Positions 17,554 to 27,786 are shown, numbered from the stretch's first letter. The stretch: 64,000 nucleotides of DNA from Candidatus Pelearchaeum maunauluense (GCA_030059675.1 JANVYQ010000002.1:96001-160000); one strand, 5' to 3'. Notes: generated by a model from the letters alone, not told the origin. Translations and numbers: made by a program.

Positions 17554-19485
17554 ATGGGGGAGGCAAGGCGGGGGTTGCACCGCTTCTCGGATGTGGAGCT
17601 TAAGCGGGACGTTGGGTGGTTTGGCTCATTCGCGATGGGGTATGGCGATGTTGGAGCTGACATCTTCATAGCCCTCGGAATAGTAACGCTCTACGCAGGC
17701 GGCGCAGCTCCCCTCGCATTCTTGATAGCAGCCCTCGTTTATGTCGCCGTTGGTCTGGCATACGCGGAGCTGGCTCCCATATATCCCTACGCAGGCGGCT
17801 CTCAGGTATATGCCATGCGCGCATCCAACAGTCTGGCAGGCTTCCTAGCAGGCTGGGCGCTAATGCTCGATTACATCCTCTGCATATCCCTCTTCGCCGT
17901 TGCCGCGGCTGGCTACCTCAAGTTCCTCTTCCCGATTCTAAGCATCCTATCACTGGAGATACCCCAGCTTGGCGTAGGGCTTCCAAGCATAGGCGTGGTG
18001 GGAGCGCTGCTGGTTGCGCCGCTAATATTCCTAAATTATATAGGAATAAAATACTCGGCCAGCTTCATAGCGTTTCTTGTCTGCTTCGGCCTGCTCGTCC
18101 AGGGCGTTATACTCTTCCTAGGGTATGCGCTGGCATTTGAGCCTGAGCGCATGCTGGAGCAGGTCTGGATATTCGGAAGTGATGAACAGCTACCAGAGGT
18201 GGGCTACCTCCCCTGGCTTGACATAAACACCAACAACTTCCTCTACGGCTTGACGCTCGCCATGGCCTCCTTCATAGGGATTGAGTCTATAGCGCAGGCT
18301 GCTGAGGAGACGAAGCGGCCCCACCGCTGGATACCGCGGGCCGCGAAGCTCTCTGTGGTTGCGGTCTTCCTCTCGGTCATACTCTTCGCCGTCCTCTCTA
18401 TGGGTGTGCTGGAGTGGAAGACGCTGGGCAGCGCGTATGAGAATCCAGTAGCTCGCCTGGTGGTGGCTTTCCCGATAGTGGGCATATACCTAGCCCCCCT
18501 AGTTGCGTTCGCGGCCTTCATACTATGCTACGCCTCTTCCAACACTGGGGTTATAGGAATCTCAAGGCTCGCAGCCAGCATGGGGCGTTTCGGGCTACTC
18601 CCAAGGTGGTTCTATAAAATCCACCCACGGTACAGAACACCGACGAGGACGCTCACGGTCTTCGGCATCATAGGCCTGCTAATCGCCATGGTCGGAGACA
18701 TACCGTTCATAGCCAGCATCTACAACTTCGGAGCCCTGCTGAGCTATATGCTCCTCATGTATAGCTTGTTGCTGCTGAGGAATAGGGACCAGGACGTTTA
18801 TAGGCCTTGGAAGATTCCGCTATCGCTTAAGTTCAGGCGGGGCGATGGTGTGTTTGAGCTGCCGCTGGTTGGGCTTCTAGGCCTCGCGGGGACAACAGCC
18901 CTGTGGATTCTAGTAGTCTTCCTACACCCATTCGGCAGGCTCTTCGGCTTCGCCTGGATAGCTGTCGGAATAGCCTTCTACATAATCAGCAGGAGGATAA
19001 CTGGGAAGCAGCTCCTAAGCCATGAGGAGGGTGAGATGATAGCGCCGATGGCTTATAGGATGGATATAGGAATACTCATAAGGCCATACGACGACCTGGA
19101 TGTGGTGAGGAAGACGATAACCCACCACTTGGATAAGCGCTTCAGGGTTAGGCTCATAAGCGTCCTGGACCCCGCAGCCATAGGGAAAGAGGCGATGAGA
19201 AGCCCAGCCGAGGTTCAGAGATACCGCGAGCATCTTGAGGCAGACCTGGCTGAGCTATGCCGAAACCTTAGAGAAAAGGGATACGAGGCTGCCTACTGCG
19301 TCCACGTAGGGGATTTTGACGCGATAGTCGAGCAGGAGCTCCAGTCGGGCAAGATAGACATGCTCGCATACATCAAGCGCTCCACCGAGAAGGCCACGCT
19401 GGAGAAGGGACACGATCCAGCAATACATAAAATAATGCAGAAATACCCAGGTAAGATAATGGTCTTGAAGAGAACGGGTGAGTAG
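17554..19485 (+). CDS. APC-family amino acid permease with C-terminal USP-like domain
   Basis: YAEL...AGG, GIESIAQAAEE, HPRYRTP; soluble tail. Confidence 0.9.
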   Translation: MGEARRGLHRFSDVELKRDVGWFGSFAMGYGDVGADIFIALGIVTLYAGGAAPLAFLIAALVYVAVGLAYAELAPIYPYAGGSQVYAMRASNSLAGFLAGWALMLDYILCISLFAVAAAGYLKFLFPILSILSLEIPQLGVGLPSIGVVGALLVAPLIFLNYIGIKYSASFIAFLVCFGLLVQGVILFLGYALAFEPERMLEQVWIFGSDEQLPEVGYLPWLDINTNNFLYGLTLAMASFIGIESIAQAAEETKRPHRWIPRAAKLSVVAVFLSVILFAVLSMGVLEWKTLGSAYENPVARLVVAFPIVGIYLAPLVAFAAFILCYASSNTGVIGISRLAASMGRFGLLPRWFYKIHPRYRTPTRTLTVFGIIGLLIAMVGDIPFIASIYNFGALLSYMLLMYSLLLLRNRDQDVYRPWKIPLSLKFRRGDGVFELPLVGLLGLAGTTALWILVVFLHPFGRLFGFAWIAVGIAFYIISRRITGKQLLSHEEGEMIAPMAYRMDIGILIRPYDDLDVVRKTITHHLDKRFRVRLISVLDPAAIGKEAMRSPAEVQRYREHLEADLAELCRNLREKGYEAAYCVHVGDFDAIVEQELQSGKIDMLAYIKRSTEKATLEKGHDPAIHKIMQKYPGKIMVLKRTGE

Positions 19486-19765
19486 GGTGGTCCAGCGGGG
19501 AGGACTTAGAGCAATACTCCATGTATTCGTTGATTCCAACTCGCTGGAGAAGGTGGCTCGCGAGATAACCAAGATACCAGAAGTCGTTGATGTCTATGAA
19601 GTAACTGGGGAGTTTGACATCGTGGCTATTATAATGTCGCCAGGCATTGAGCAGTTTAGGGAGCTTCTGAAGGATAAGATACTCAAGATGCCAGGTGTGA
19701 AGAGCGCCGTAACCTCGATAGTTCTCTACACGTATAAGAAGGATGGCGTTGAGACGGGTGAGTAG
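19478..19765 (+). CDS. Lrp/AsnC ligand-binding domain protein
   Basis: PEVVDVYEVTGEFDI...PGV. Confidence 0.85.
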   Translation: MSRVVQRGGLRAILHVFVDSNSLEKVAREITKIPEVVDVYEVTGEFDIVAIIMSPGIEQFRELLKDKILKMPGVKSAVTSIVLYTYKKDGVETGE

Positions 19766-19791
19766 CCTTCTCAACTAGGCGCCGCGTCCTG

Positions 19792-20187
19792 GTGCCCGTC
19801 GTTCTAGAGCCTGATGCTGGTCTTTTAATAAGAGCCCTCAGACTACTTGGATGGAGCGATTGTGAGTATGTTCTTTTTCACGTTATAGAGCTTCCATTGC
19901 CTACGGCTACGTATCGCGAGACAGTCGGATACCTGGTTGAAGATTCTTACAAAAAGCTAGAGGGTTTGAGGAACTGGCTCATGAATGAGGGATACGATGT
20001 GGTGCTTAAGGTTGTCGCAGCGCGCGATGTTGTTGCTGGGATTCTTGAAGAACTTGACCGAAACCACTACTCGCTAGTCCTACTCCAACGAAAGAAACGT
20101 GGTAGATTGGGCATACTTAGCAAAAGCACTACCCAACGACTGCTCAAACGGCTGGCTGCGCCAGTCCTAATCATGCCAGTCGACTAG
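19792..20187 (+). CDS. Universal stress protein
   Basis: LFHVIE...SKSTTQRLLKRLAAPVLIMP. Confidence 0.75.
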   Translation: MPVVLEPDAGLLIRALRLLGWSDCEYVLFHVIELPLPTATYRETVGYLVEDSYKKLEGLRNWLMNEGYDVVLKVVAARDVVAGILEELDRNHYSLVLLQRKKRGRLGILSKSTTQRLLKRLAAPVLIMPVD

Positions 20188-20193
20188 CTGCCG

Positions 20194-20316
20194 TCAGAAC
20201 TCCTCTTCTTCCTCCTCTTCGAAGTCTTCCTCGAAGTCCTCGAACTCCTCCTCCTCAAACTCTTCCTCGAATTCCTCTTCTTCCTCTTCAGCAAGTAGTA
20301 TTCGTGGATAGCTCAT
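20194..20316 (-). CDS. Extremely acidic microprotein (40 aa), not in ORF track
   Basis: MSYPRILLAEEEEEEFEEEFEEEEFEDFEEDFEEEEEEEF*; mixed GAA/GAG codons. Confidence 0.6.
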   Translation of the reverse strand: MSYPRILLAEEEEEEFEEEFEEEEFEDFEEDFEEEEEEEF

Positions 20317-20530
20317 ACCTTCGGCACCGCGCCTATCAGCCCAAAAAGCTTATGATTTATAGTTTTCTAAAGGGCCTGTATGGAGACGAACCCTACAAAG
20401 CCCCAAAACTATAACGGTATATTCCCTCTACAATACTTGGGCAATTACGGCGTTTTCTGGAGGGGTGGATTTATCCTTTACCTTTGTTGAAAGAAACTAT
20501 TTCAGTTGGGGGCGTGGTTCTCTAGTCTCT

Positions 20531-20589
20531 GGGGGATGAGGCCGTCGTCCCAGTCTGAGTTGTGATGCATGAAGAGCCGAGCCGACCCC
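20531..20589 (+). ncRNA. C/D-box guide sRNA
   Basis: GGGATGA (C)-GGCCGTCGTCCCAGT-CTGA (D')-GTGATGC (C')-ATGAAGAGCCGAG-CCGA (D), with GGGG/CCCC termini. Confidence 0.65.
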
Positions 20590-20594
20590 GCGTC

Positions 20595-21848
20595 TTATGT
20601 TGGTGGCAGGTTAACCACCACCTCGGCGCCGCGCTCCACATGCTCGACGCCCTCGTTGATGACTATAAAGCCGTGAGAGCGTACTGGTATGCTCATCCTA
20701 CTAGACTCACCCAGCTGAGGATAGCAGAGATAATCAGCCTCACCACGCTCCTCAAGCCTAACCCAAACAACCTTCTTGAAATCCACATACCTTGAGATGC
20801 GGACATCCTCGGCGAGTCTAGCTCTTAGGCGCTTATGGTATGGTGTTGGCTCAAGCCCCTGCATATACTTGAGGAGAGGATACGCTAGGAAGAGGAAGAC
20901 GTTAATCGTTGACATTATCAGGCCTGGTAGCAGGATTATTGGTTTTCCGTTTGCTATTGCGAAGCCTCCAACCCTGCCTGGCTGTATAGCTAGTCCCTGA
21001 ACAATCCTCTCGGCTCCTATTCTTCTTAGCGCTAGTGATGTGGCGTCCTTCTCGCTGACGGATGAGCCGCCTATCGTGAGGATGACATCATGGCTGGCTA
21101 GGGCTTCCCGCAGCTTCTGGCCGACCAGCTCCGCGTTGTCTGGCATGATTCCCAGGTATCTGACCTCGCAGCCAGCAGCCCTAGTGAGGGGCTCTATAAC
21201 CCTCCTATGCGTGTTGAAGACCTTACCCCGCGCCGCCTCTTCCAGGTCATCAGTAAGCTCGTCCCCAACGACTAGTAGAGCAACACGTGGCCTATGGAAG
21301 ACCTCAACCCAGCGGAGGCCTAGGTAGTGGAGGAGCGCCAAATCCTGTGGCCTTATCCTATGCCCAGCCCCCAGCAGGACTTCACCCTCCCTTATGTCGG
21401 CGCCAGCTGGGTCTATGTTCTCACCCGCCCTGACTGGGCGCTTGACGTGTATGTAATCTCCAGCTAGCTTAACCTCCTCCTGCGCCACTACAGTGTCAGC
21501 ACCCAGCGGGAGAGGAGCTCCAGTAAGCACGCGCATAGCTGCGCCGCGCGCCAGCTCAGGCCTATGCCGCGCGCCAGCCTCTATGGAGCCAGCAATCCTT
21601 AGACGCGCAGGCCTCTCCTCAGAAGCGTTGAGCGTGTCGCGGTGGTTAAGAGCGAAGCCATCCATGTGGGATGTGTCGTACTCCGGATAGTTCCGCTCAG
21701 CAGTTATCGCTGTGGCTAGAACCCTTCCCAGCGAGGCGTCGGCATCAACCCTCTCAACGCGCCTAGCATCCCTGACAGATGCTACAAGTATTGAGACGGC
21801 CTCCTCTATGGGAGTGAAGCTCCTTATCCTCCTCAAGGAACCATCCAC
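20595..21848 (-). CDS. moeA: Molybdopterin molybdotransferase MoeA
   Basis: GRVLA, MDGFA, TGAPLPxGADTVV, GDEL, GGSSVSEKD, LPG. Confidence 0.9.
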   Translation of the reverse strand: MDGSLRRIRSFTPIEEAVSILVASVRDARRVERVDADASLGRVLATAITAERNYPEYDTSHMDGFALNHRDTLNASEERPARLRIAGSIEAGARHRPELARGAAMRVLTGAPLPLGADTVVAQEEVKLAGDYIHVKRPVRAGENIDPAGADIREGEVLLGAGHRIRPQDLALLHYLGLRWVEVFHRPRVALLVVGDELTDDLEEAARGKVFNTHRRVIEPLTRAAGCEVRYLGIMPDNAELVGQKLREALASHDVILTIGGSSVSEKDATSLALRRIGAERIVQGLAIQPGRVGGFAIANGKPIILLPGLIMSTINVFLFLAYPLLKYMQGLEPTPYHKRLRARLAEDVRISRYVDFKKVVWVRLEERGEADYLCYPQLGESSRMSIPVRSHGFIVINEGVEHVERGAEVVVNLPPT

Positions 21849-21923
21849 AACTTCTTCACCAGCCTAGAATCCAAACATGCTTGTCCCTGACGAATAGATA
21901 TATAATTCTCAGCAACCTACTAC

Positions 21924-22853
21924 TTGTGCGGTATGTCCGTTGAGTCGCTGGGCTTCGCCGAGGCTCTTTCAAAGCTCGCGAACGAGCGTAAGCCCTTCGC
22001 AGTCGCTACAGTAGTACGTGTGGAAGGCTCCTCACTCGGTAAGCCAGGCTTCAAGATGATTATAGACGATGAGGGGCGTATAATCTATGGAACTCTGGGA
22101 GGCGTCTGCCCAGAGGGGCCGATAATCGCCGTAGCCCAGGAGGTAATCAAGACAGGAGCGCCTAGGCTAGTTAGGGTCTATCTGGAGAGCACGGAGAACT
22201 CTATAATAGGGATGATTAGGCAACAGTCAAGTGATGAGATTCATGTTGAGACGTTTTGCGGGGGTGTGATGGAGATTTTCGTAGACGCATACCTGCCACC
22301 CAGCAGGCTTATCCTCATAGCCCAGGGTGGGCGCGATGATGTTGAGGAGACGCTAGTCAAGATGGGGAAGCTCCTCGGCTTTGAGGTCTGGGTTATAGAC
22401 CCGCTCCCAGTCCTCGCTACGAAGCCAGACAAGCTGATAACCGAGGTGGACTACGATTTTGGCGAGCTTAAGCTGGGCGAGAGGGATTATGTCGTGGTCC
22501 TCACGAAGGGTGAGCGGGATATCAAGGTGCTGGAAGCTCTCTCCAAGACCAAGCCCCGCTTCGTGGGGATGCTCGCGAGTAGGAAGCGCGTGAAGTATGA
22601 CTTCTCAATACTCCGCGACCGCGGCGTCTCTGAGGAGTTTCTGAAGAGCGTGAGCGCCCCAGTTGGCGCTGACATAGGAGCCCACACACCTGAAGAGATA
22701 GCCCTCTCCATAATGGCTGAGATAGTGGCGGTTAGGAGGGGTAAGCGCGTACCGCGTAAAGATGAAGAGGCGATGGAGGAGGTTAAGGTGACAGGCGTCG
22801 CAGCAGGCCTGGATATAGGCAGCTCATGCGGCCCGACGTACACGAATAAATAG
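21924..22853 (+). CDS. XdhC/CoxF/CoxI family Mo-cofactor maturation factor
   Basis: ATVVRVEGS, GTLGGVC, CGGxM, PVGADIGAHTPEEIALSIMAEI. Confidence 0.9.
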   Translation: MCGMSVESLGFAEALSKLANERKPFAVATVVRVEGSSLGKPGFKMIIDDEGRIIYGTLGGVCPEGPIIAVAQEVIKTGAPRLVRVYLESTENSIIGMIRQQSSDEIHVETFCGGVMEIFVDAYLPPSRLILIAQGGRDDVEETLVKMGKLLGFEVWVIDPLPVLATKPDKLITEVDYDFGELKLGERDYVVVLTKGERDIKVLEALSKTKPRFVGMLASRKRVKYDFSILRDRGVSEEFLKSVSAPVGADIGAHTPEEIALSIMAEIVAVRRGKRVPRKDEEAMEEVKVTGVAAGLDIGSSCGPTYTNK

Positions 22854-22856
22854 CAA

Positions 22857-23981
22857 CTACGCCTTGCGCGCTATAGGCTCTAGCGCAAGCCCGAAGTATC
22901 TCCTATACCCCTTCAAGTTCTGGAGCGCCGAGATTCCAGCGAGAAGGTCTATGTAGGGCATCGCGGTCTCCATACCTATAGTGCGCGGCTTAAAGCCAGG
23001 CTTATCCGCGTGGGGGTTTATCCAGACTATCCTGCCCACACGGGACTTGAGGGCGCGCATGGCCTTATCAAGCAGCTCAGGCTCGCCAGTATCCCAGCCG
23101 TCGCTCACTATCATCACCACAGTCCCACGCGTCAGGAGGCCGCCATACTTCTCCAAAAACGCCTTGAGACAACTCCCTATACGCGTCCCACTACCCCAGA
23201 TATCTACGGCGTGCGATATGCGGGCGGCCGCCGCCTCAGGTCCGTGAAGCCGTAGAATCTCGGTAACCTTCACCAGCTTTGTGCTGAAGACGAAGACCTC
23301 AAGCGCAACCCCCTGGCGGGCAAGGGCGTACATGGATTGCACCAGCAGGCTGGTGTATGTGTCCATGGAGCCGCTTACGTCAAAGAGGGCTACGAGCCTG
23401 CATCGCGTTACCTTCCTCTTTCTGCGGCTCAGCGTTAGGGGCTCGCCGAAGGTTGCGAGGCTTGAGCGGAATGTCTGGGGGAAGTCCAGCTCGCCGCTTA
23501 TGCTCCTGAACGTCCTCCTCCCAGGTAGCAGGGCGAGCCTACGGCGCATTCTCTTCATGACGAGCTTTATCTCGCGCAGAGACTCGCGAGTTGGTGTAGG
23601 TATCTCCCGCTTCATCAAAACCTCCAGCGGGCTGTAGAAAGCCATCTGAGCAGTAGCCTGAGCCTGCTTCGTGGTCTTAGTCTTCTCATGCTCGCCCATC
23701 TTCCCACCGCCCTGCGAGAACATCTCGGTCTCGCGCTGCTGCCTCATCCTCTTCTGCCGCATCAACTCGTCAAAAACCATGTCAAAGATAAGATAGTCTT
23801 CAAAACGCTTAACCATGGTCAGGCGCAGAACCTCGCGGAGATGCTTCACGCTCCTAATCTCAATACTATTCACCGCGGTAAAGGCGTCTATGCTCTCGGA
23901 AGTCCCACACTTAACACCATGCTCCCGAAGCTTCCCCGCGAGCGTTACTATGAGGTGCATCAGGTCTGTTTCCATGCCCAT
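22857..23981 (-). CDS. coxE: CoxE-like VWA protein
   Basis: MIDAS DVSGSM, GSGTRIG, SDGWDTG, WINP. Confidence 0.85.
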   Translation of the reverse strand: MGMETDLMHLIVTLAGKLREHGVKCGTSESIDAFTAVNSIEIRSVKHLREVLRLTMVKRFEDYLIFDMVFDELMRQKRMRQQRETEMFSQGGGKMGEHEKTKTTKQAQATAQMAFYSPLEVLMKREIPTPTRESLREIKLVMKRMRRRLALLPGRRTFRSISGELDFPQTFRSSLATFGEPLTLSRRKRKVTRCRLVALFDVSGSMDTYTSLLVQSMYALARQGVALEVFVFSTKLVKVTEILRLHGPEAAAARISHAVDIWGSGTRIGSCLKAFLEKYGGLLTRGTVVMIVSDGWDTGEPELLDKAMRALKSRVGRIVWINPHADKPGFKPRTIGMETAMPYIDLLAGISALQNLKGYRRYFGLALEPIARKA

Positions 23982-23990
23982 ACCACGAAC

Positions 23991-24851
23991 CTAGAGTATG
24001 CCAAGCTCCCTCAGCCTAGCTGAGTCGTCCTCACTCTTAATCAGGCAGCTCATGGTGGAGCGTATAACGTCTGGGGTTATCTCCGAGATGTTGAGCGCCA
24101 TCAAGGCGTTGGCCCAGTCCAGCGTCTCCGATATCCCAGGCTTCTTTGAGAGGTCATCAACCTGGCGTAGGCGTTGAACAAACTCCACAACCTCGCTGGA
24201 CAGCTTCTCGGAGAGAGAGGGAACCTTCAAACTAAGTATGCGCTTCTCCTTCTCCGCACTTGGATACGTTACGTATAGGTAGAGACACCTCCTCCTAAGC
24301 CCCTCACCAACCTCGCGAGTCCTGTTTGACGTTATTATCACTATCGGCTTCCTCTTGGCGGCGATTGTGCCTATCTCAGGTATAGTAACCTGGAACTCCG
24401 CTAGGAACTCAAGTAGGAAGCCCTCAAACTCCTCATCGCTCCTGTCTATCTCGTCAATCAGCAATACGGGGGGCTTGGGGCCGTCGTGGAGCAGGGCTTG
24501 GAGAAGCGGCCTCTTGAGCAGAAACTTCTCGCTAAATATCTCGGAGGCAATCTCCTCTGGAGACTTGCTCCTCTCCATCAGCCTTATGTGGAGAAGCTGT
24601 CTCGGATAGTCCCATTCATAGAGCGCCTGCGCCGCGGTTATCCCCTCATAACACTGAAGACGTATAAGCTCCGTCCCCAACATCTTGGAGAGAACCTTCG
24701 CAACCTCAGTCTTCCCACAGCCAGGCTCCCCCTCAATCAGTAAGGGCTTCTCCAACTTAAGGGCCAAATAAACTGCTGTTGCTAAACTTTCATCAGCCAC
24801 GTAAAGCTCTTTCTCCATCGCCTGCATTATTGCTGCGGGGCTTAGCTCCAT
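23991..24851 (-). CDS. coxD: CoxD-like MoxR AAA+ ATPase
   Basis: GEPGCGKT, LQCYEG, LLIDEID, TSNRTR, RRRC. Confidence 0.9.
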   Translation of the reverse strand: MELSPAAIMQAMEKELYVADESLATAVYLALKLEKPLLIEGEPGCGKTEVAKVLSKMLGTELIRLQCYEGITAAQALYEWDYPRQLLHIRLMERSKSPEEIASEIFSEKFLLKRPLLQALLHDGPKPPVLLIDEIDRSDEEFEGFLLEFLAEFQVTIPEIGTIAAKRKPIVIITSNRTREVGEGLRRRCLYLYVTYPSAEKEKRILSLKVPSLSEKLSSEVVEFVQRLRQVDDLSKKPGISETLDWANALMALNISEITPDVIRSTMSCLIKSEDDSARLRELGIL

Positions 24852-24968
24852 TCTCTACCCAAATTCTCCTAACCAGCTAGATACAATTTATGTATTCTTC
24901 AGCGACGCTCCAACCCCCAGATAAAGACTATAAAGAGGTGTTTTGGCTAAATAGCGTGAGCTTACAGC

Positions 24969-25844
24969 ATGATTCCAAAGCAGTTTGAATATTTTGCACC
25001 GAAGACTGTCGGGCAGGCAATATCCCTGTTGAAGAAGTATAAGGAGGATGCAAAGGTTCTGGCGGGTGGACAGAGCCTAATACCGATGATGAAGCTACGC
25101 CTAGCAGCCCCCAAATACGTGATAGACCTCAACAACATTAGGGGACTATCATACATTAAGGAGGTTGGGGGAGTTATCCGTATAGGCGCCTTAACAAGAC
25201 ACGCCGAGATAGAGCACTCACCACTCATCAGGCAGAAGCTACCCATCATGGCCGAGGCGGCTGAGTGGATAGCCGACCAGCAGGTAAGAAACCTCGGCAC
25301 AATAGGGGGCGCGATATCCCACTGCGACCCAGCAGGAGACTGGGCGCCCAACCTACTAGCGCTGGACGCTGAGCTGGTAATCCAAGGAGCGCGTAGGAGG
25401 GTCGCTAAGGCTGTAAAGTTCTTCAAGGGGCCGTTTGAGACCGACCTAAAGCCCACCGAGATACTCACCGAGATTAGGATTCCCCTACCGCGCGGAGGCC
25501 GCGTAGGGCAGGCTTACATGAAGTTTGAGCGTAAGGCGGGGGACTTCGCCACCGTAGGCGTAGCTGCAAACCTACTGCTCAACGACAAGAATGAGATAGT
25601 AAAGGCTGGTATTGGAATAACAGCCGTAGCACCTGCGCCATTCAGGGCAAGCGAGGCGGAGAAGATACTCGTGGGAAACCAGCCAACCGCTGAGCTTGTT
25701 GAGCAGGCAGCACAAGCGGCGGCAGACATGGCCGAACCATGGTCAGACCTAAGAGGCTCAGCAGAGTATAAAAAGGAGATGACACGCGTCTTCACCCGCA
25801 GGGCAGTTAAGCGCGCCCTAGAGAGGGCGGGCATAACGCTCTAA
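24969..25844 (+). CDS. coxM: Mo-hydroxylase/CODH FAD-binding medium subunit
   Basis: AGGQSLIPMMKLRL, QVRNLGTIGG, DLRGSAEYK. Confidence 0.9.
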   Translation: MIPKQFEYFAPKTVGQAISLLKKYKEDAKVLAGGQSLIPMMKLRLAAPKYVIDLNNIRGLSYIKEVGGVIRIGALTRHAEIEHSPLIRQKLPIMAEAAEWIADQQVRNLGTIGGAISHCDPAGDWAPNLLALDAELVIQGARRRVAKAVKFFKGPFETDLKPTEILTEIRIPLPRGGRVGQAYMKFERKAGDFATVGVAANLLLNDKNEIVKAGIGITAVAPAPFRASEAEKILVGNQPTAELVEQAAQAAADMAEPWSDLRGSAEYKKEMTRVFTRRAVKRALERAGITL

Positions 25845-25866
25845 AATATGATGGGGTGAGTAAAGT

Positions 25867-26439
25867 ATGGTGAAGAAGAAAGTCAAGAAGAAGGCGGCAC
25901 GCAAGGCTGCGCGCAAACCAGAGGCAGAGTTCCCCAAGAAGCACAGGATAGAGGTTGAGGTTAACGGCGTAAAATACACGCATGAGGTCGAGCCGCGCCT
26001 CCTCCTAGTCCACTATATCCGCGACGTGCTGGGCCTGACTGGCACGCATATAGGCTGCGACACGACACACTGCGGTGCTTGCACGGTCTTGATGGATTGG
26101 GATGACGGCCGATGGAAGGCGATAAAGTCATGCACGATGTTCGCAGTCCAGGCTAATGGTAGGAGGATACTCACGATAGAGGGGCTCGCCAAGGGTGATG
26201 AGCTGCACCCGCTCCAGAAAGCATTCTGGGAGCATCACGGATTGCAGTGCGGCTACTGCACACCTGGAATGATAATGTCCGCCCTAGGCTACCTCATGAT
26301 AAACCCCAACCCCAGCGAGATGGATGTCCGTAAGGGAATATCAGGAAACCTATGCAGATGCACAGGATACCAGAACATAGTCAAAGCAATACTAGCAGCG
26401 GCAGAGGAAATAAGGAGCAGCGGCAAGCCAATACTATAA
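25867..26439 (+). CDS. coxS: Mo-hydroxylase/CODH [2Fe-2S] small subunit
   Basis: [29 protein letters not shown]. Confidence 0.92.
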   Translation: MVKKKVKKKAARKAARKPEAEFPKKHRIEVEVNGVKYTHEVEPRLLLVHYIRDVLGLTGTHIGCDTTHCGACTVLMDWDDGRWKAIKSCTMFAVQANGRRILTIEGLAKGDELHPLQKAFWEHHGLQCGYCTPGMIMSALGYLMINPNPSEMDVRKGISGNLCRCTGYQNIVKAILAAAEEIRSSGKPIL

Positions 26440-26454
26440 CTGGTGAACGAATAA

Positions 26455-26910
26455 ATGCACTTTGAGGACAAGTTTGAGGTCCAAGCACCCGTAGAGACTG
26501 TCTGGAACTTCATAACAAGCCCCAAAGACTTCGCAAAAATAATACCAGACCTCCAGAAGTTTGAGATAATAGACAAGCGGCAGTTCAAGGCAGCCTTCAA
26601 AGTAGGGCTAGGCATGATTAAGGGTACGATAAACATGACATTCAAGTTCGAGGACATGGAGCCCATGACTAGGGTGAAGGTCGTCGGCCGCGGCTCTGGG
26701 CTACAAAGCACAGCAGACCTAACAATAGACCTAAACCTCCAACCCAGCAACGAAAAGACGCTCATAGCATGGAGCGCAGACCTAAACGTAGGCGGAATGG
26801 TAGCAAGCGTAGGAGCACGCCTCCTAGAATCAACAACAAAAAACAAAGTCAAAGAAATAGTAGAGGGAATAAAGAAAGCAATAGAGAAGAAACCAGGAAA
26901 AAAGAGATAA
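26455..26910 (+). CDS. coxG: CoxG (SRPBCC) protein
   Basis: APVETVWNF...GMVASVGARLL. Confidence 0.85.
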   Translation: MHFEDKFEVQAPVETVWNFITSPKDFAKIIPDLQKFEIIDKRQFKAAFKVGLGMIKGTINMTFKFEDMEPMTRVKVVGRGSGLQSTADLTIDLNLQPSNEKTLIAWSADLNVGGMVASVGARLLESTTKNKVKEIVEGIKKAIEKKPGKKR

Positions 26911-26956
26911 CAGAATACCCCTAGGCTTACTCCTACTCCTCAAAGACTACAGTTAT

Positions 26957-27572
26957 TCATTTATATGTCCTCTCGTTAGGACACCAATACCTCCCGTAAT
27001 GGGCTATATACTGCATGACAGCACCACAAGTGGGACAGACAGCGCTCCCAGCTATGGGAGAACCCCTCGAACCACTAGTGGCTTGCTGATACATCACAAC
27101 TAGCTGGCTGTATACCTCGTGAGTGATTTCGCCGCCATCCACATCTTTTGGTATGAAGCAAAACCTCCTATTTTTCCCATACTCATCCACGAATAGTAGA
27201 TCAATAGCTTCTTTCCCCAACCATAGAAAACTTCCTCCCCAGATTCTTGTTATAGACAACTCACTAACACGTTGGTAGGGTACAGTATAGTCCTTAAGTT
27301 TTTCTTAAATTCTTTACCAAAAGAGAATAAAAATAATATGGGCGCTAGGATTAAAGATAATACTAGAGAAGGGAGTAATAAAGGAAATAATACTGTAATT
27401 AACATGAAAGACAACACAACGATAAAAATAGGTAGAATAATCTTAGCAGACATCTCAGGAACTCTCAATAGACATATTGAGAGTCATACGCAAAGTAGCC
27501 ATGTGCACCGCCGCCCATCCCATAAGGACTTCCTTCTTTAAAGAACGCCCGTCGCCAGCTAAGAGCTGACAT
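26957..27572 (-). pseudogene. Membrane protein with C-terminal Zn-ribbon, frameshifted
   Basis: Fragments from ATG 27572 (stops ~27465), 27250-27468 (TM) and 26957-27259 (CPTC...WCPNE). Confidence 0.5.
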
Positions 27573-27786
27573 GGTTAAGATAATCTTGGGAAAATATTAT
27601 GACTTTTAAGCTTTTAAGGCTAAAAGCCCCAACAAACGACAATATAAAACCCGCCTTGGAAAAATTATTGTAGGATTTAAAATGACCAAAACCCTGAGAA
27701 GAATAACAAACTCATTAAAGAAACGCTTATGGACGCTATTACTTCACGTACTACTAACGAATAATAGCGATTAATGTCACTTATGT

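Noticed and set aside
27462-27483. Inverted repeat CTCTCAATA-GACA-TATTGAGAG
   Set aside because: Single short repeat inside a pseudogene; may be chance.
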